From: Actinomycetes bacterium
GTDB taxonomy: Bacteria; Actinomycetota; Coriobacteriia; Coriobacteriales; JAEZXW01
Length of the DNA: 36,432 bases
Direction of reading: 5' to 3'
NCBI GenBank assembly: GCA_023419515.1
Contig: JAEZXW010000060.1
Location: 1 to 36,432 of the forward strand
Positions 1 through 8,668 of the stretch are shown in pieces. Every line of letters starts with the position of its first letter. Within the stretch, counting starts at the first letter, position 1. Below the pieces are notes generated by a model that saw nothing but the letters and a program-made list of their open reading frames with translations, was not told the origin of the DNA and did no database searches. The translations under genes were made by a program, and so were the position numbers.

Positions 1-1
1 G

Positions 2-715
2 CAGACCCTCGTAAACCTCGACAAGGCATATAGCTTCTTGAGCAACATTTCTGCTCGCGGCGGCAACGTCCTGTTCGTCGGCACTAAGAAGCAGGCTCAG
101 GAGCCAATCAGCCAGGAGGCAAACCGCTGCAAGATGCCATACATCAACCAGCGTTGGCTTGGTGGTATGCTCACCAACTTCGTCACCATGCGCTCTCGTA
201 TTGACCGCATGGAGGAGATTGAGGCCATGTCTCAGGACGGCCGCATGGAGCTTCTGCCTAAGAAAGAGCAAATCAACCTCAACAAGGAGCTCGCAAAGCT
301 CCAGAAGAACCTCGGTGGTGTGCGCGATATGCGCCGTCTGCCCCAGGCAATCTTCATTGTTGACACCAAGCGTGAGGAAATTGCAATCAATGAGGCTCGC
401 CGCCTTGGTATTCCTGTTGTCGCAACGATCGACACCAACTCAGATCCAGATGTTGTCGATTACGGCATTCCTGCTAACGATGATGCAATCCGCTCGGTTC
501 GCCTGATGTGTGAGCTCATGGCTGATGCAGTGTTGGCTGGTCGTGGTCAGGCTGAGATCAGCGCTGAGGAGATGGCAGCTCCAGAGGGTGCTTCAGCTGA
601 GGTTAGTGCTGAGGTTGCAGAAGCTGTAGAGCCAGCAGCAGAGCCTGCTCGCGAGAAGGCTCCAACCATCGCTGAGCTGCTCGCTCAGGATGAGGCTGAG
701 AAGAGCGCAGAGTAA
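2..715 (+). CDS. rpsB: 30S ribosomal protein S2 (5' end cut by window edge)
   Basis: The frame is open from base 2 (QTLVNLDKAYSFLSNISARGGNVLFVGTKKQAQ...), so the TTG at 38 in the ORF track is not the true start. Conserved S2 core is present (LFVGTKKQA, NQRWLGGMLTNF, IFIVDTKRE, AINEARRLGIPVVA-IDTN) with an acidic/Ala-rich tail. tsf follows immediately. Confidence 0.95.
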   Translation, partial: QTLVNLDKAYSFLSNISARGGNVLFVGTKKQAQEPISQEANRCKMPYINQRWLGGMLTNFVTMRSRIDRMEEIEAMSQDGRMELLPKKEQINLNKELAKLQKNLGGVRDMRRLPQAIFIVDTKREEIAINEARRLGIPVVATIDTNSDPDVVDYGIPANDDAIRSVRLMCELMADAVLAGRGQAEISAEEMAAPEGASAEVSAEVAEAVEPAAEPAREKAPTIAELLAQDEAEKSAE

Positions 716-776
716 GCTTTGCACCACCAGATCTATCCGTTGCCAGATTCAAATACGAAAATGAGGAGTTTATTCC

Positions 777-1688
777 ATGGCACAGATTACCGCACAGATG
801 GTTAAAGAGCTGCGCGAGATGACCGGCGCAGGCATGATGGAGTGCAAGAAGGCTTTGACCGAAGCTGATGGCGACGTCAATGCTGCTGTTGACGTTCTGC
901 GCGAGCGCGGCATCGTGAAGGCTGCTGCCAAGGCAGGCCGTGCAACCACTGAGGGCACCGTTGCGGTCTTCGTTTGTAAGGACTGCGGCCACACCGGCGT
1001 GGTTGAGGTTGCTTGCGAGACCGACTTCGTCAGTGCTACCGAACCCTTCAAGGAGTTTGCTGACAGCGTCGCTAAGACCATCGCTCATAAGAGCGTCAAG
1101 GATCTTGAGACCCTCATGACCACCGAGCTTGAGGAGTCAGGCCAGACTGTCGAGGCAACCCTGACTGAGAAGATTCACACTATCGGTGAGAACATGACCA
1201 TTCCTCGTATTGGTTATATGGAGTTCGCTGAGGGTGTTACCGGTCACTTCGAGCGCTACATTCACATGGGCGGCAAAGTTGGCGTTGCAGTTCAGTTTGT
1301 CTTTGACAAGGCTGAGACTGCTGAGAACGAGACCTTCAAGACTTATGCTCACGACGTTGCGCTTCAGGTTGCTGCGAGCGATCCTGTCTCTGTTCGTCGT
1401 GAAGAGGTTGATCAGGCAATCATTGATCACGAGATGAAGATTTACCGCGCTCAGGCTGCTGAGTCTGGTAAGCCAGCTGAGATTCAGGAGAAGATGGCTG
1501 AGGGCAAGCTCAACAAGTACTTCAAGGAGGCTTGCTTGCTCGAGCAGGTATTCATCAAGGATGCTGATCTTACCATCGAAAAGCTCACTGAGAACACCAA
1601 CAAGGCAGTTGGCGACACCATCCAGATCGTCGACTTCATCCGCTTTAAGGTGGGCGAGACCGCTGCAGCTACCTCTGAGGAGGAGTAA
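777..1688 (+). CDS. tsf: translation elongation factor Ts
   Basis: N-terminal UBA-like motif MAQITAQMVKELREMTGAGMMECKKALTEADGDVNAAVDVLRERG is typical of EF-Ts. GAGGAG Shine-Dalgarno lies upstream of ATG 777. Position after rpsB fits. Confidence 0.95.
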   Translation: MAQITAQMVKELREMTGAGMMECKKALTEADGDVNAAVDVLRERGIVKAAAKAGRATTEGTVAVFVCKDCGHTGVVEVACETDFVSATEPFKEFADSVAKTIAHKSVKDLETLMTTELEESGQTVEATLTEKIHTIGENMTIPRIGYMEFAEGVTGHFERYIHMGGKVGVAVQFVFDKAETAENETFKTYAHDVALQVAASDPVSVRREEVDQAIIDHEMKIYRAQAAESGKPAEIQEKMAEGKLNKYFKEACLLEQVFIKDADLTIEKLTENTNKAVGDTIQIVDFIRFKVGETAAATSEEE

Positions 1689-1745
1689 GCAAAAGATCGC
1701 TTTTGAGGTGATGAGATAATCACTTCATCCATAGCAAGATTTTTT

Positions 1746-1798
1746 ACCCCGATGCGATTTTGGGTGATTAACTCAACTTGCATCGGGGTATTTTTATT
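1746..1798 (+). terminator. rho-independent terminator candidate after tsf
   Basis: 10-bp perfect stem ACCCCGATGC (1746-1755) / GCATCGGGGT (1780-1789) with a 24-nt loop, followed by ATTTTTATT. A T-run also precedes the stem. Confidence 0.6.
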
Positions 1799-1909
1799 GG
1801 CATTGCATAAAGCGTTGCTGCCCAAACGCGGCATCGCAGCAATGTACTGCATTGCTGTGCATAACGTCGCATCAGTGCGACAAATAGCGTCAAGCCTCAC
1901 GACGAGTGC

Positions 1910-1977
1910 CTCAAAATGAAACGCCATGCCTGATTGCTCATTGCCGTCGCGCCAACAAAACACTGTTTCATTTTGAG
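1910..1977. repeat. 13-bp perfect inverted repeat with 42-nt spacer in the feo leader
   Basis: CTCAAAATGAAAC (1910-1922) and GTTTCATTTTGAG (1965-1977) are exact reverse complements. No T-run follows. Function unknown. Confidence 0.7.
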
Positions 1978-2112
1978 AACCGCTCTCATTTGTGCAGGTA
2001 AGCGCCTCACATGGACTCAACACACGAGCGGATTTGTAACGCCGTTCGTTTTTGCTACGCTCAAATAAAATTCTTAAACTCCCAGCATAGTAACACCAAA
2101 AAATTCAAAGAT

Positions 2113-2125
2113 ATAACGCTGTTAT
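2113..2125. promoter_or_regulatory. short Fur-box-like palindrome upstream of feoA (speculative)
   Basis: ATAAC-GCT-GTTAT (5-3-5 palindrome) inside GATATAACGCTGTTATC, about 110 nt upstream of the feoA start. It resembles the GATAAT/ATTATC half-sites of Fur-type operators. It is short and could arise by chance. Confidence 0.2.
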
Positions 2126-2235
2126 CTGCTCGATCTTCCGATCACGAAAATCGCCTCAAACTGTATTGATCATCAAAAAACGAATTCTATTATTGGATTG
2201 TTTTGTTGGTCGCGAGTACGGTAAAAGGTGGTCGA

Positions 2236-2469
2236 GTGAAGCTCACCGTGGCGCCTGTCGGTGCTCAGCTTGTTCTGGAGAGCCTTAACTGTGATTCTGC
2301 GCAGATGCGTCAGCTCGAAAACTTGGGCTTTGTCGTTGGTGTCAGCCTCGAAGTAGTTCAGCGAGAGCAGGGAAGCGTCATCGTTTCGGTGATGAATTCA
2401 CGCGTCGCGCTCGGGAAAGAGCTTGCCAAGCTGATCAATGTCAATCCAGTCAGTGCGTCTGGTCTTTAG
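2236..2469 (+). CDS. feoA: FeoA-family ferrous iron transport protein A (copy 1)
   Basis: Small SH3-like FeoA pattern (LESLNCDSAQMRQLENLGFVVGVSLEVVQREQGSVIVSVMNSRVALGKELAKLI). Start moved from TTG 2203 to GTG 2236, which follows AAAGGTGG (2224-2231). TTG 2203 remains an alternative. Confidence 0.8.
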   Translation: MKLTVAPVGAQLVLESLNCDSAQMRQLENLGFVVGVSLEVVQREQGSVIVSVMNSRVALGKELAKLINVNPVSASGL

Positions 2470-2570
2470 GGCTCAAGTTTTCACCTTCATCAAAAGTAGT
2501 GTGCGCGCCCACACAAGTGCACCGCTTTTTCCAATCGTATTTGCGCGTCACACCGTTTGAGGAGGCAGCA

Positions 2571-2894
2571 GTGGATCGTTCTGCTGAGGCACGCGCTCAC
2601 AGCGAGACTTGTGAGTGTGGATGTCAGTCCCATGATCAGCGCGAGGTCATATCACTTCATGATGCACTCGTGGGGCATTCGTATCGAGTTGTTGCGTTAA
2701 AGGGCACAGGCCCCGTTCGCAAACGTCTCATGGACTTTGGCCTGACTAAGGGCTGCGAGTTCGTGGTCAAGAAGGTAGCTCCGCTGGGCGATCCGGTTCA
2801 GATTTCCCTGCGTGGTTTTGAGCTCTCTCTGCGCAAGGCAGATGCTGCCTGTGTTCACGTCCAAGACATTTGCGATTCGCACGATCCGCAGTAA
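2571..2894 (+). CDS. feoA: FeoA-family protein (copy 2) with Cys/His-rich N-terminal segment
   Basis: C-terminal FeoA domain (YRVVALKGTGPVRKRLMDFGLTKGCEFVVKKVAPLGDPVQISLRGFELSLRKADAACVHV). GTG 2571 is preceded by GAGGAGG (2559-2565) at 5-nt spacing. N-terminus contains HSETCECGCQSHDQ. Confidence 0.8.
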   Translation: MDRSAEARAHSETCECGCQSHDQREVISLHDALVGHSYRVVALKGTGPVRKRLMDFGLTKGCEFVVKKVAPLGDPVQISLRGFELSLRKADAACVHVQDICDSHDPQ

Positions 2895-2905
2895 GGAGGA
2901 GACCA

Positions 2906-5098
2906 ATGAGCATTACTATTGCGCTTGCGGGTAACCCCAACAGCGGAAAAACCACGGCATTCAACGCGCTGACAGGCTCAAACCAGTATGTCGGCAACTG
3001 GCCAGGCGTGACGGTTGAAAAAAAGGCGGGCACCTATCGCAAGAATAAGAAGATCGAGATCATCGACCTTCCAGGTGTCTATTCGCTTTCTCCTTACACG
3101 ATGGAGGAAGTTGTTACCCGCAACTACCTCGTGGCAAGCAAGCCCGATGTGTTGATCGATATCGTCGACGCCAACAACATTGAGCGTAACCTCTATCTCG
3201 CAACCCAGCTGGCTGAGCTTGGCATCCCGATGGTGCTCGCTTTAAACATGATGGACGTCGTTCGTCGCAATGGCGATGTCATCAACGTGCCTGAGCTTGA
3301 AGCTGCCCTCGGCTGTCGTATCGTCGAGATTTCGGCGTTGCATAAGGAAGGACTCGATAAGCTCATCGAGGTTGCCATTGAGGAAGCACAGCGCACTCAC
3401 ACCAAGATTGAGCCAACTATTCGCTTTGGCGAGAATCTCGAGGACGCACTGGCGGCTATCACCGCAGCAGTGGGCGAACTGAAGGAAAGCCCGCTCGCTC
3501 GCTGGTATGCCGTCAAGCTCGTTGAGGGCGATGACGCAGCTTGCGAAACGCTTGTCATTACCGAGGCTGAGCGTGTGCAGGTTAACGCTATCAAGGCGCA
3601 GCTTGAGAAGGACTTTGACGATGATGGCGAGGGTATCCTCACCGATGCGCGTTACACCTTCGTCAGTGATCTTGCCCATCGTACCGTGAAAAAGGGTCGC
3701 GAGGGCTTGACGCTTTCCGATAAGATCGACCGAATTGTTACCAACCGCTGGCTTGCGATTCCAATCTTTGCCCTTGTCATGTGGGGTATTTACTACGTCT
3801 CCATTAGCATCGTTGGTGGTGCAGTGACCGACTGGGTCAACGATGACCTAATCGCTGGGATCATCCAGGGTAACGTCGTTGAATACCTCGAGGGTGCTGA
3901 GGTTGCTCCGTGGATGGTGTCGCTTATCTCTGATGGTGTCATCGGCGGTGTTGGTGCGGTTGTCGGCTTTTTGCCCCAGATCGTTACCCTGTTCTTTTTC
4001 CTCGCGATCCTTGAGAACATCGGCTACATGGCTCGTATTGCCTTTATTCTCGATCGCGTCTTTAGAAAGTTTGGCCTTTCGGGTAAGTCGTTCATTCCAA
4101 TTCTTATCGGAACAGGCTGTGCGGTACCGGGTGTTATGGCAACCCGCACCATCGAAAATGAGTCAGATCGTCGCATGACCATCGTGACGGCATCATTCAT
4201 GCCCTGCGGAGCTAAGTACGAGATCCTCGCGCTCTTTACCGCATCACTCTTCTTTGGTGTTTGGTGGTTTGCGCCGGTCGCTTACTTTGGTGGTATCGCT
4301 GCGGTGATTATCACGGGCATCATTCTCAAGAAGACCTCATTTTTTGCGGGCGACCCTGCGCCGTTTTTGATGGAACTTCCTGAGTACCACATGCCCATGC
4401 CAAGCAACATCCTCTTGACCGTCTGGGATCGCAGCAAGGCGTTCCTCATCAAGGCGGGTACGGTTATCTTCTTGGTCGTTATCGTCTTGTGGTTCTTGCA
4501 AAACATCTCGATTCACGGCGAGTTTGCAGAATTTGCCGAGGATACCGACTCGATCCTCGCGTTCCTAGGCTCGATCTTTGCGCCGCTTTTCATCCCACTG
4601 GGCTTTGGCGCAGTCGATCCTGACTTGGCATGGATTCCAACGGTTGCATCTGTTGCTGGTATCGCTGCAAAGGAAGTTGTCGTCGGTACCATGGGCTTGC
4701 TCGCTGGTTATGCAGACTTTACCTCTGAGGATCCAAACGCTTTGACGCTTGCCGCCTCGCTCTTTACCCCAACGGCAGCCCTTGCGTTCATGCTCTTCAA
4801 CCAGCTTAACGTCCCATGTCAGGCGGTTGTTGGTGCCGTGAAGTCTGAGATGGGCTCATGGCGCTGGACAATTTTTACCTTTATGTATCAAACGATCTTT
4901 GCTTACGTTATTGCATTCATCGTCTATCAGCTTGGATCTGTGCTCGTGGGAGATCTGGCATTTAACAGCATGACCGTTGTGGCGTTGGTGCTGCTGGGAA
5001 TTATCGTGTTCTTGGTCGTTCGCAAGCCATCCAAGAAGGTTAACCGTTACATGCATCTTTCGACCGAAGATAGTGCCGTTGTAAAGGTTGGTGCGTAA
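2906..5098 (+). CDS. feoB: ferrous iron transporter FeoB (G-domain plus polytopic permease)
   Basis: MSITIALAGNPNSGKTTAFNALTG (G1/P-loop), DLPGVYSL (G3), NMMD (G4), then a long hydrophobic membrane domain. ATG 2906 is preceded by AAGGAGGA (2893-2900). The track start at 2870 lies upstream of this Shine-Dalgarno. Confidence 0.95.
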   Translation: MSITIALAGNPNSGKTTAFNALTGSNQYVGNWPGVTVEKKAGTYRKNKKIEIIDLPGVYSLSPYTMEEVVTRNYLVASKPDVLIDIVDANNIERNLYLATQLAELGIPMVLALNMMDVVRRNGDVINVPELEAALGCRIVEISALHKEGLDKLIEVAIEEAQRTHTKIEPTIRFGENLEDALAAITAAVGELKESPLARWYAVKLVEGDDAACETLVITEAERVQVNAIKAQLEKDFDDDGEGILTDARYTFVSDLAHRTVKKGREGLTLSDKIDRIVTNRWLAIPIFALVMWGIYYVSISIVGGAVTDWVNDDLIAGIIQGNVVEYLEGAEVAPWMVSLISDGVIGGVGAVVGFLPQIVTLFFFLAILENIGYMARIAFILDRVFRKFGLSGKSFIPILIGTGCAVPGVMATRTIENESDRRMTIVTASFMPCGAKYEILALFTASLFFGVWWFAPVAYFGGIAAVIITGIILKKTSFFAGDPAPFLMELPEYHMPMPSNILLTVWDRSKAFLIKAGTVIFLVVIVLWFLQNISIHGEFAEFAEDTDSILAFLGSIFAPLFIPLGFGAVDPDLAWIPTVASVAGIAAKEVVVGTMGLLAGYADFTSEDPNALTLAASLFTPTAALAFMLFNQLNVPCQAVVGAVKSEMGSWRWTIFTFMYQTIFAYVIAFIVYQLGSVLVGDLAFNSMTVVALVLLGIIVFLVVRKPSKKVNRYMHLSTEDSAVVKVGA

Positions 5099-5102
5099 AC
5101 TC

Positions 5103-5261
5103 ATGGATTTCAGCAACCCTGCGAACCTCATCATCGCTGCAATTCTCGTTATCGCCGTTGCGTATGCGGTCTATCGTATTATCGTGAAGGGTGGATGCGA
5201 CTGCGGTCACAAGCACAAAAACTGCAGTTGCTCGATGTTCTCTCGTAAAAAGAAGGATTAG
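5103..5261 (+). CDS. FeoB-associated Cys-rich small membrane protein (52 aa; below the ORF-track cutoff)
   Basis: ATG sits 4 nt after the feoB stop. Translation is MDFSNPANLIIAAILVIAVAYAVYRIIVKGGCDCGHKHKNCSCSMFSRKKKD: one TM helix followed by a GGCxCG...CxC Cys cluster. This matches the layout of small FeoB-associated Cys-rich proteins found after feoB in Gram-positive anaerobes. Confidence 0.7.
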   Translation: MDFSNPANLIIAAILVIAVAYAVYRIIVKGGCDCGHKHKNCSCSMFSRKKKD

Positions 5262-5422
5262 ATTGCGCGCGATTGAGCTAGGAGCGATAGGGTCACGAGC
5301 GACAAGGACGACACGATAGAACCGCGCGGTAGGCCGTGTGCGAGAGGTGTATACTTGCCTCACGATTGAGATCGTGATCCCCTCATCATTGTGTTGCTCG
5401 TCCTCATCCTTAAAATCCATGG

Positions 5423-5468
5423 AGGCCGCCTTGGGTATTAATGTCAGTACCTGAGGTGGCCTTTTTTG
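5423..5468 (+). terminator. rho-independent terminator candidate ending the feo operon
   Basis: AGGCCGCC (5423-5430) pairs with GGTGGCCT (5455-5462), 8 bp including one G-U, around a 24-nt loop, followed by TTTTTT. Confidence 0.55.
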
Positions 5469-5526
5469 TTAGTATACTAAAAAGCCGTATGCGAATCTAT
5501 TAGTCATGCGAGAGAGATGGAAGTTT

Positions 5527-6240
5527 ATGAGCTCATACCAATATCGTCGCGTCCTGTTGAAGCTGTCTGGTGAAGCCCTGATGGGAAGCCAGTCCTACGG
5601 CATTGACCCGCAGGTTTTAGATGCCTTGGCACAAGAGATTGCTGTTCCTGTGCAAGAGGGTGTCGAGGTCGCTGTTGTGGTTGGAGGCGGCAATATTTTT
5701 CGCGGTTTAGCCGCGAGTGCTCATGGCATGGATCGCTCTCAGGCAGACTATATCGGCATGTTGGCAACGGTGCAAAACGCTCTGGCTTTACAGGATTCCT
5801 TTGAGCGCAATGGTTTAGAAACCCGCGTGCAGTCTGCTATCAGCATGCGCCAGATGGCTGAGTCTTATATTCGCCGCCGCGCTGTTCGGCATCTTGAAAA
5901 AGGTCGTGTCGTGATTTTTGCAGCGGGCACAGGAAACCCTTATTTCACCACCGATACCACGGCTGCTCTGCGTGCGCTCGAGATTGACGCAGATGTCTTG
6001 ATGAAGGCAACCAAGGTCGATGGTATCTATGACAGTGATCCGGTGACTAACCCTGAGGCAAAGCGCTTTTCTGAGATCACCTATCTCGACGTGATTAATA
6101 AGGGCTTAAAGGTTATGGACTCAACCGCTATTACGCTTGCCCGCGATAATGACATGCCGATCATCGTGTTTGATATCGAAAAAGAAGGCAATATTCGCAA
6201 GGCGCTGATGGGAGAATCTGTCGGCACTGTAGTGAGGTAG
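5527..6240 (+). CDS. pyrH: UMP kinase
   Basis: [20 protein letters not shown]..., [11 protein letters not shown] and [17 protein letters not shown] motifs. ATG 5527 gives the family-typical N-terminus, so the track start at 5506 is rejected. Confidence 0.95.
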   Translation: MSSYQYRRVLLKLSGEALMGSQSYGIDPQVLDALAQEIAVPVQEGVEVAVVVGGGNIFRGLAASAHGMDRSQADYIGMLATVQNALALQDSFERNGLETRVQSAISMRQMAESYIRRRAVRHLEKGRVVIFAAGTGNPYFTTDTTAALRALEIDADVLMKATKVDGIYDSDPVTNPEAKRFSEITYLDVINKGLKVMDSTAITLARDNDMPIIVFDIEKEGNIRKALMGESVGTVVR

Positions 6241-6337
6241 TCGCTCATCCGTTGCTGTTAACGTGAATATTTCGCACCACTTTTTACCGATCTTCTTGCA
6301 TAAACCTTGATACACCCATCTTTTGAAAGGAAGCTCA

Positions 6338-6892
6338 ATGAGTGAAGTTTTGGATCGTACCAAAGACCGTATGGATGCAGCAGCCCAGAGCCTGACGGTC
6401 AATTTTTCTAAGGTGCGCACTGGTCGTGCCAACGCAAGCGCACTTGATGGTATCGAGATCGACTATTACGGCGCGCCGACCCCAATCGCTCAGCTCGGTG
6501 GTATTAAGGTTGCTGAGGGTCACATGCTGGTCGTTGAGCCATGGGATAAAAGTGTACTTTCGGCCATTGAGCGTGCGATTCAGGCGAGTGATCTGGGTGT
6601 TACCCCACAAAATGACGGTGCGGTTATTCGTCTGCCGTTTCCTGCACCAACTGAGGAGCGTCGCCGTGAGCTCGTGAAGGAATGCCATGAGTTGGCAGAA
6701 GAGGCTCGTATTGCTGTTCGTAACGTCAGGCGCGATGCTAACAGCACCCTCGATAAGATGAAGAAGGATGGTGAGCTTTCTGAGGACGACCTGCACCGCG
6801 AGCAGGCTCAAGTACAAAAGCTCACTGATGCTGCGATTAAAAAGATTGACGAGCTTCTTAAGGCTAAAGAAGCAGAAGTCATGAAAGTTTAG
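6338..6892 (+). CDS. frr: ribosome recycling factor
   Basis: VRTGRANASALDGIEIDYYGAPTPIAQLGGIKVAEGHMLVVEPWDKS and IRLPFPAPTEERRRELVK are typical of RRF. AAAGGAAG Shine-Dalgarno precedes ATG 6338. Confidence 0.95.
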   Translation: MSEVLDRTKDRMDAAAQSLTVNFSKVRTGRANASALDGIEIDYYGAPTPIAQLGGIKVAEGHMLVVEPWDKSVLSAIERAIQASDLGVTPQNDGAVIRLPFPAPTEERRRELVKECHELAEEARIAVRNVRRDANSTLDKMKKDGELSEDDLHREQAQVQKLTDAAIKKIDELLKAKEAEVMKV

Positions 6893-6894
6893 GC

Positions 6895-7683
6895 ATGCCC
6901 TGGTCTTTGCAAAAAATGGAGCGTTATTTTGCCGAAGCGCCGCACGATGCCTCGCTTGAGCTGGTTGATCGTGATCGGTTGCCTCAGCATGTCGCCGTCA
7001 TTATGGATGGTAATGGGCGATGGGCAACCCAGCGCGGTAAAAAGCGCAGTGCTGGCCATGCGGCGGGTATTGAGGGGTTGCGTGAGCTTATCAAGGCGTG
7101 CGCGCGCCTCGGTATCCCATATTTGACCGTTTATGCGTTTTCGACCGAGAATTGGGCGCGCTCAAAAGAAGAGGTAGACACCCTCATGCAGCTTTTTGCT
7201 CAGACGCTGATCAAGGAGCTTGCGCTTTTACAAGAAGAATCGGTAACCCTCAAGTTTTTGGGTGACATGACTGGCCTGCCACAAAAGACGAGGGAGACCT
7301 TTGAGCATGGTATTCGTGAGACGGCCGATAACACCGGACTTACCCTCATGCTCGCGGTCAACTACGGCAGTCGCGCCGAGATTGTCCGAGCAGCCCGCGC
7401 CCTTGCTCAGCAGGTGAGTAATGAAGCGCTTTCTGTCGATGAGATTACCGAGGATCTTTTTGCCGCAGAGCTCTACACCGCGCCTGCGCCTGATCCCGAT
7501 CTGTTGATTCGCACGAGTGGTGAAAATCGACTCTCGAACTTTTTGCTTTGGCAGTTGGCTTACGCTGAATTTGTTATCCTGCCCGTGCTCTGGCCAGATT
7601 TCACCCGCTTTGACCTGCTACGCAGCGTGATTGCCTATCAGGGTCGAAGTCGCCGCTTTGGGGGAAGTGACTCCCATGAGTGA
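6895..7683 (+). CDS. uppS: undecaprenyl (isoprenyl) diphosphate synthase
   Basis: HVAVIMDGNGRWA, LTVYAFSTENWARSKEEV, IRTSGENRLSNFLLWQLAYAEF are cis-prenyltransferase signatures. The exact start (ATG 6895 or ATG 6919) is uncertain. Confidence 0.9.
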   Translation: MPWSLQKMERYFAEAPHDASLELVDRDRLPQHVAVIMDGNGRWATQRGKKRSAGHAAGIEGLRELIKACARLGIPYLTVYAFSTENWARSKEEVDTLMQLFAQTLIKELALLQEESVTLKFLGDMTGLPQKTRETFEHGIRETADNTGLTLMLAVNYGSRAEIVRAARALAQQVSNEALSVDEITEDLFAAELYTAPAPDPDLLIRTSGENRLSNFLLWQLAYAEFVILPVLWPDFTRFDLLRSVIAYQGRSRRFGGSDSHE

Positions 7684-8668
7684 GACGCCAGATCAGACGA
7701 GTCGCTTTGAGCGAGGGGGGCGCGTCGATCGCACGGATAACTCCGAGCGAACCGAGCGCACTACCACTGAGCGCGTGGACGGCTCTCAGCGCACTACCGA
7801 GCCGCTCTATGAGCGCTTTGACCGTGCGGTCAAGCTCGGCGAGATCAAGCTACCTCCATCACTGTTGAGCCGTGTGATTTCAGGCGCTGTGTTTATCGCT
7901 ATCATCTTAGGTTCAATCTGGATCAGCCGTTATACTACCGCTATTATCATGGCGTTTGTCGCAGGTATTGCAGCGTTTGAGTTTTATCGGATGATGAAGC
8001 TTGACGGTAAAAACCCCAACATGATTATCGGCGTAGCGTGCGCTTCGCTCTATCCGCTTACTATCCTCTTTGGATCGGTCTACATCAATATCATCACGCT
8101 TTTGATGCTGGTTGCTCTTTGTCTTGATTACGTCATTGTGCTGCGCACGCGCATACAGGATATAGCGCTCACGATTTTTGGTGCGCTCTACACCGGACTA
8201 ATGCTTTCATCAGTGGTGTTGATCAGGCAATCGTATGCAACCCCTGAGCAGGAGTTTGCTATCGTTCTGCTCACGATCACACTCTTTTTGAGTGTGTGGA
8301 TCAACGATTCATTTGCCTATCTCATTGGCTCAACCTTCGGCAAGCATCGTCTCGTGCCTAAGATTTCACCGGCAAAAAGCTGGGAGGGATTTCTCGCTGG
8401 CGTTTGCGGCTCGGTGATTGTGTGGCTGTGCTGCATGTTTATTCCAGGGATCGATCTTAAGTGGCATATCGCGTTGATCGGCGGCGTCGCGTGCGGTGTC
8501 GTCGGTGTGATTGGTGATTTGGTTGAAAGTCGTATCAAGCGCAGCTGCGGTGTAAAAGACGCGGGTACGATGATTCCAGGACATGGCGGCATGCTTGACC
8601 GAATCGACTCACAGATCTTTGTGATGACGACCGCCTACTTTGTCCTTCGTTTTGGAGGAGTTTTATGA
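7676..8668 (+). CDS. cdsA: phosphatidate cytidylyltransferase with ~60-aa hydrophilic N-terminal extension
   Basis: C-terminal CDS signature (SPAKSWEGF..., GDLVESRIKRSCGVKDAGTMIPGHGGMLDRIDS) and multiple TM segments. ATG 7676 overlaps the uppS stop by 8 nt. Confidence 0.9.
   Translation: MSETPDQTSRFERGGRVDRTDNSERTERTTTERVDGSQRTTEPLYERFDRAVKLGEIKLPPSLLSRVISGAVFIAIILGSIWISRYTTAIIMAFVAGIAAFEFYRMMKLDGKNPNMIIGVACASLYPLTILFGSVYINIITLLMLVALCLDYVIVLRTRIQDIALTIFGALYTGLMLSSVVLIRQSYATPEQEFAIVLLTITLFLSVWINDSFAYLIGSTFGKHRLVPKISPAKSWEGFLAGVCGSVIVWLCCMFIPGIDLKWHIALIGGVACGVVGVIGDLVESRIKRSCGVKDAGTMIPGHGGMLDRIDSQIFVMTTAYFVLRFGGVL

Noticed and set aside
603-1088. 161-aa minus-strand ORF, and the nested 770-1081 ORF, antisense to rpsB and tsf
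   Set aside because: It lies entirely antisense to two strongly conserved genes, and its composition is Ala/Ser/Leu-rich shadow-frame. No Shine-Dalgarno and no recognisable family.
1484-2023. 179-aa minus-strand ORF spanning the tsf 3' end and the feo leader
   Set aside because: It runs through the tsf coding region and its terminator hairpin, and has no recognisable motifs. Most likely a chance open frame.
2203-2905. Upstream-extended starts in the ORF track (TTG 2203, GTG 2499, ATG 2870; similarly 5506, 6323, 7631, 11465, 12658, 17018, 30348, 32748)
   Set aside because: In each case a downstream start has a clear Shine-Dalgarno at proper spacing and gives the family-typical N-terminus. 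The extended versions add residues uncharacteristic of the family or overlap the preceding gene.
5040-5420. 126-aa minus-strand ORF overlapping the feoB 3' end and the small Cys-rich ORF
   Set aside because: It is antisense to a conserved gene end and to a plausible operon member. No Shine-Dalgarno, and the translation is acidic and low-complexity.
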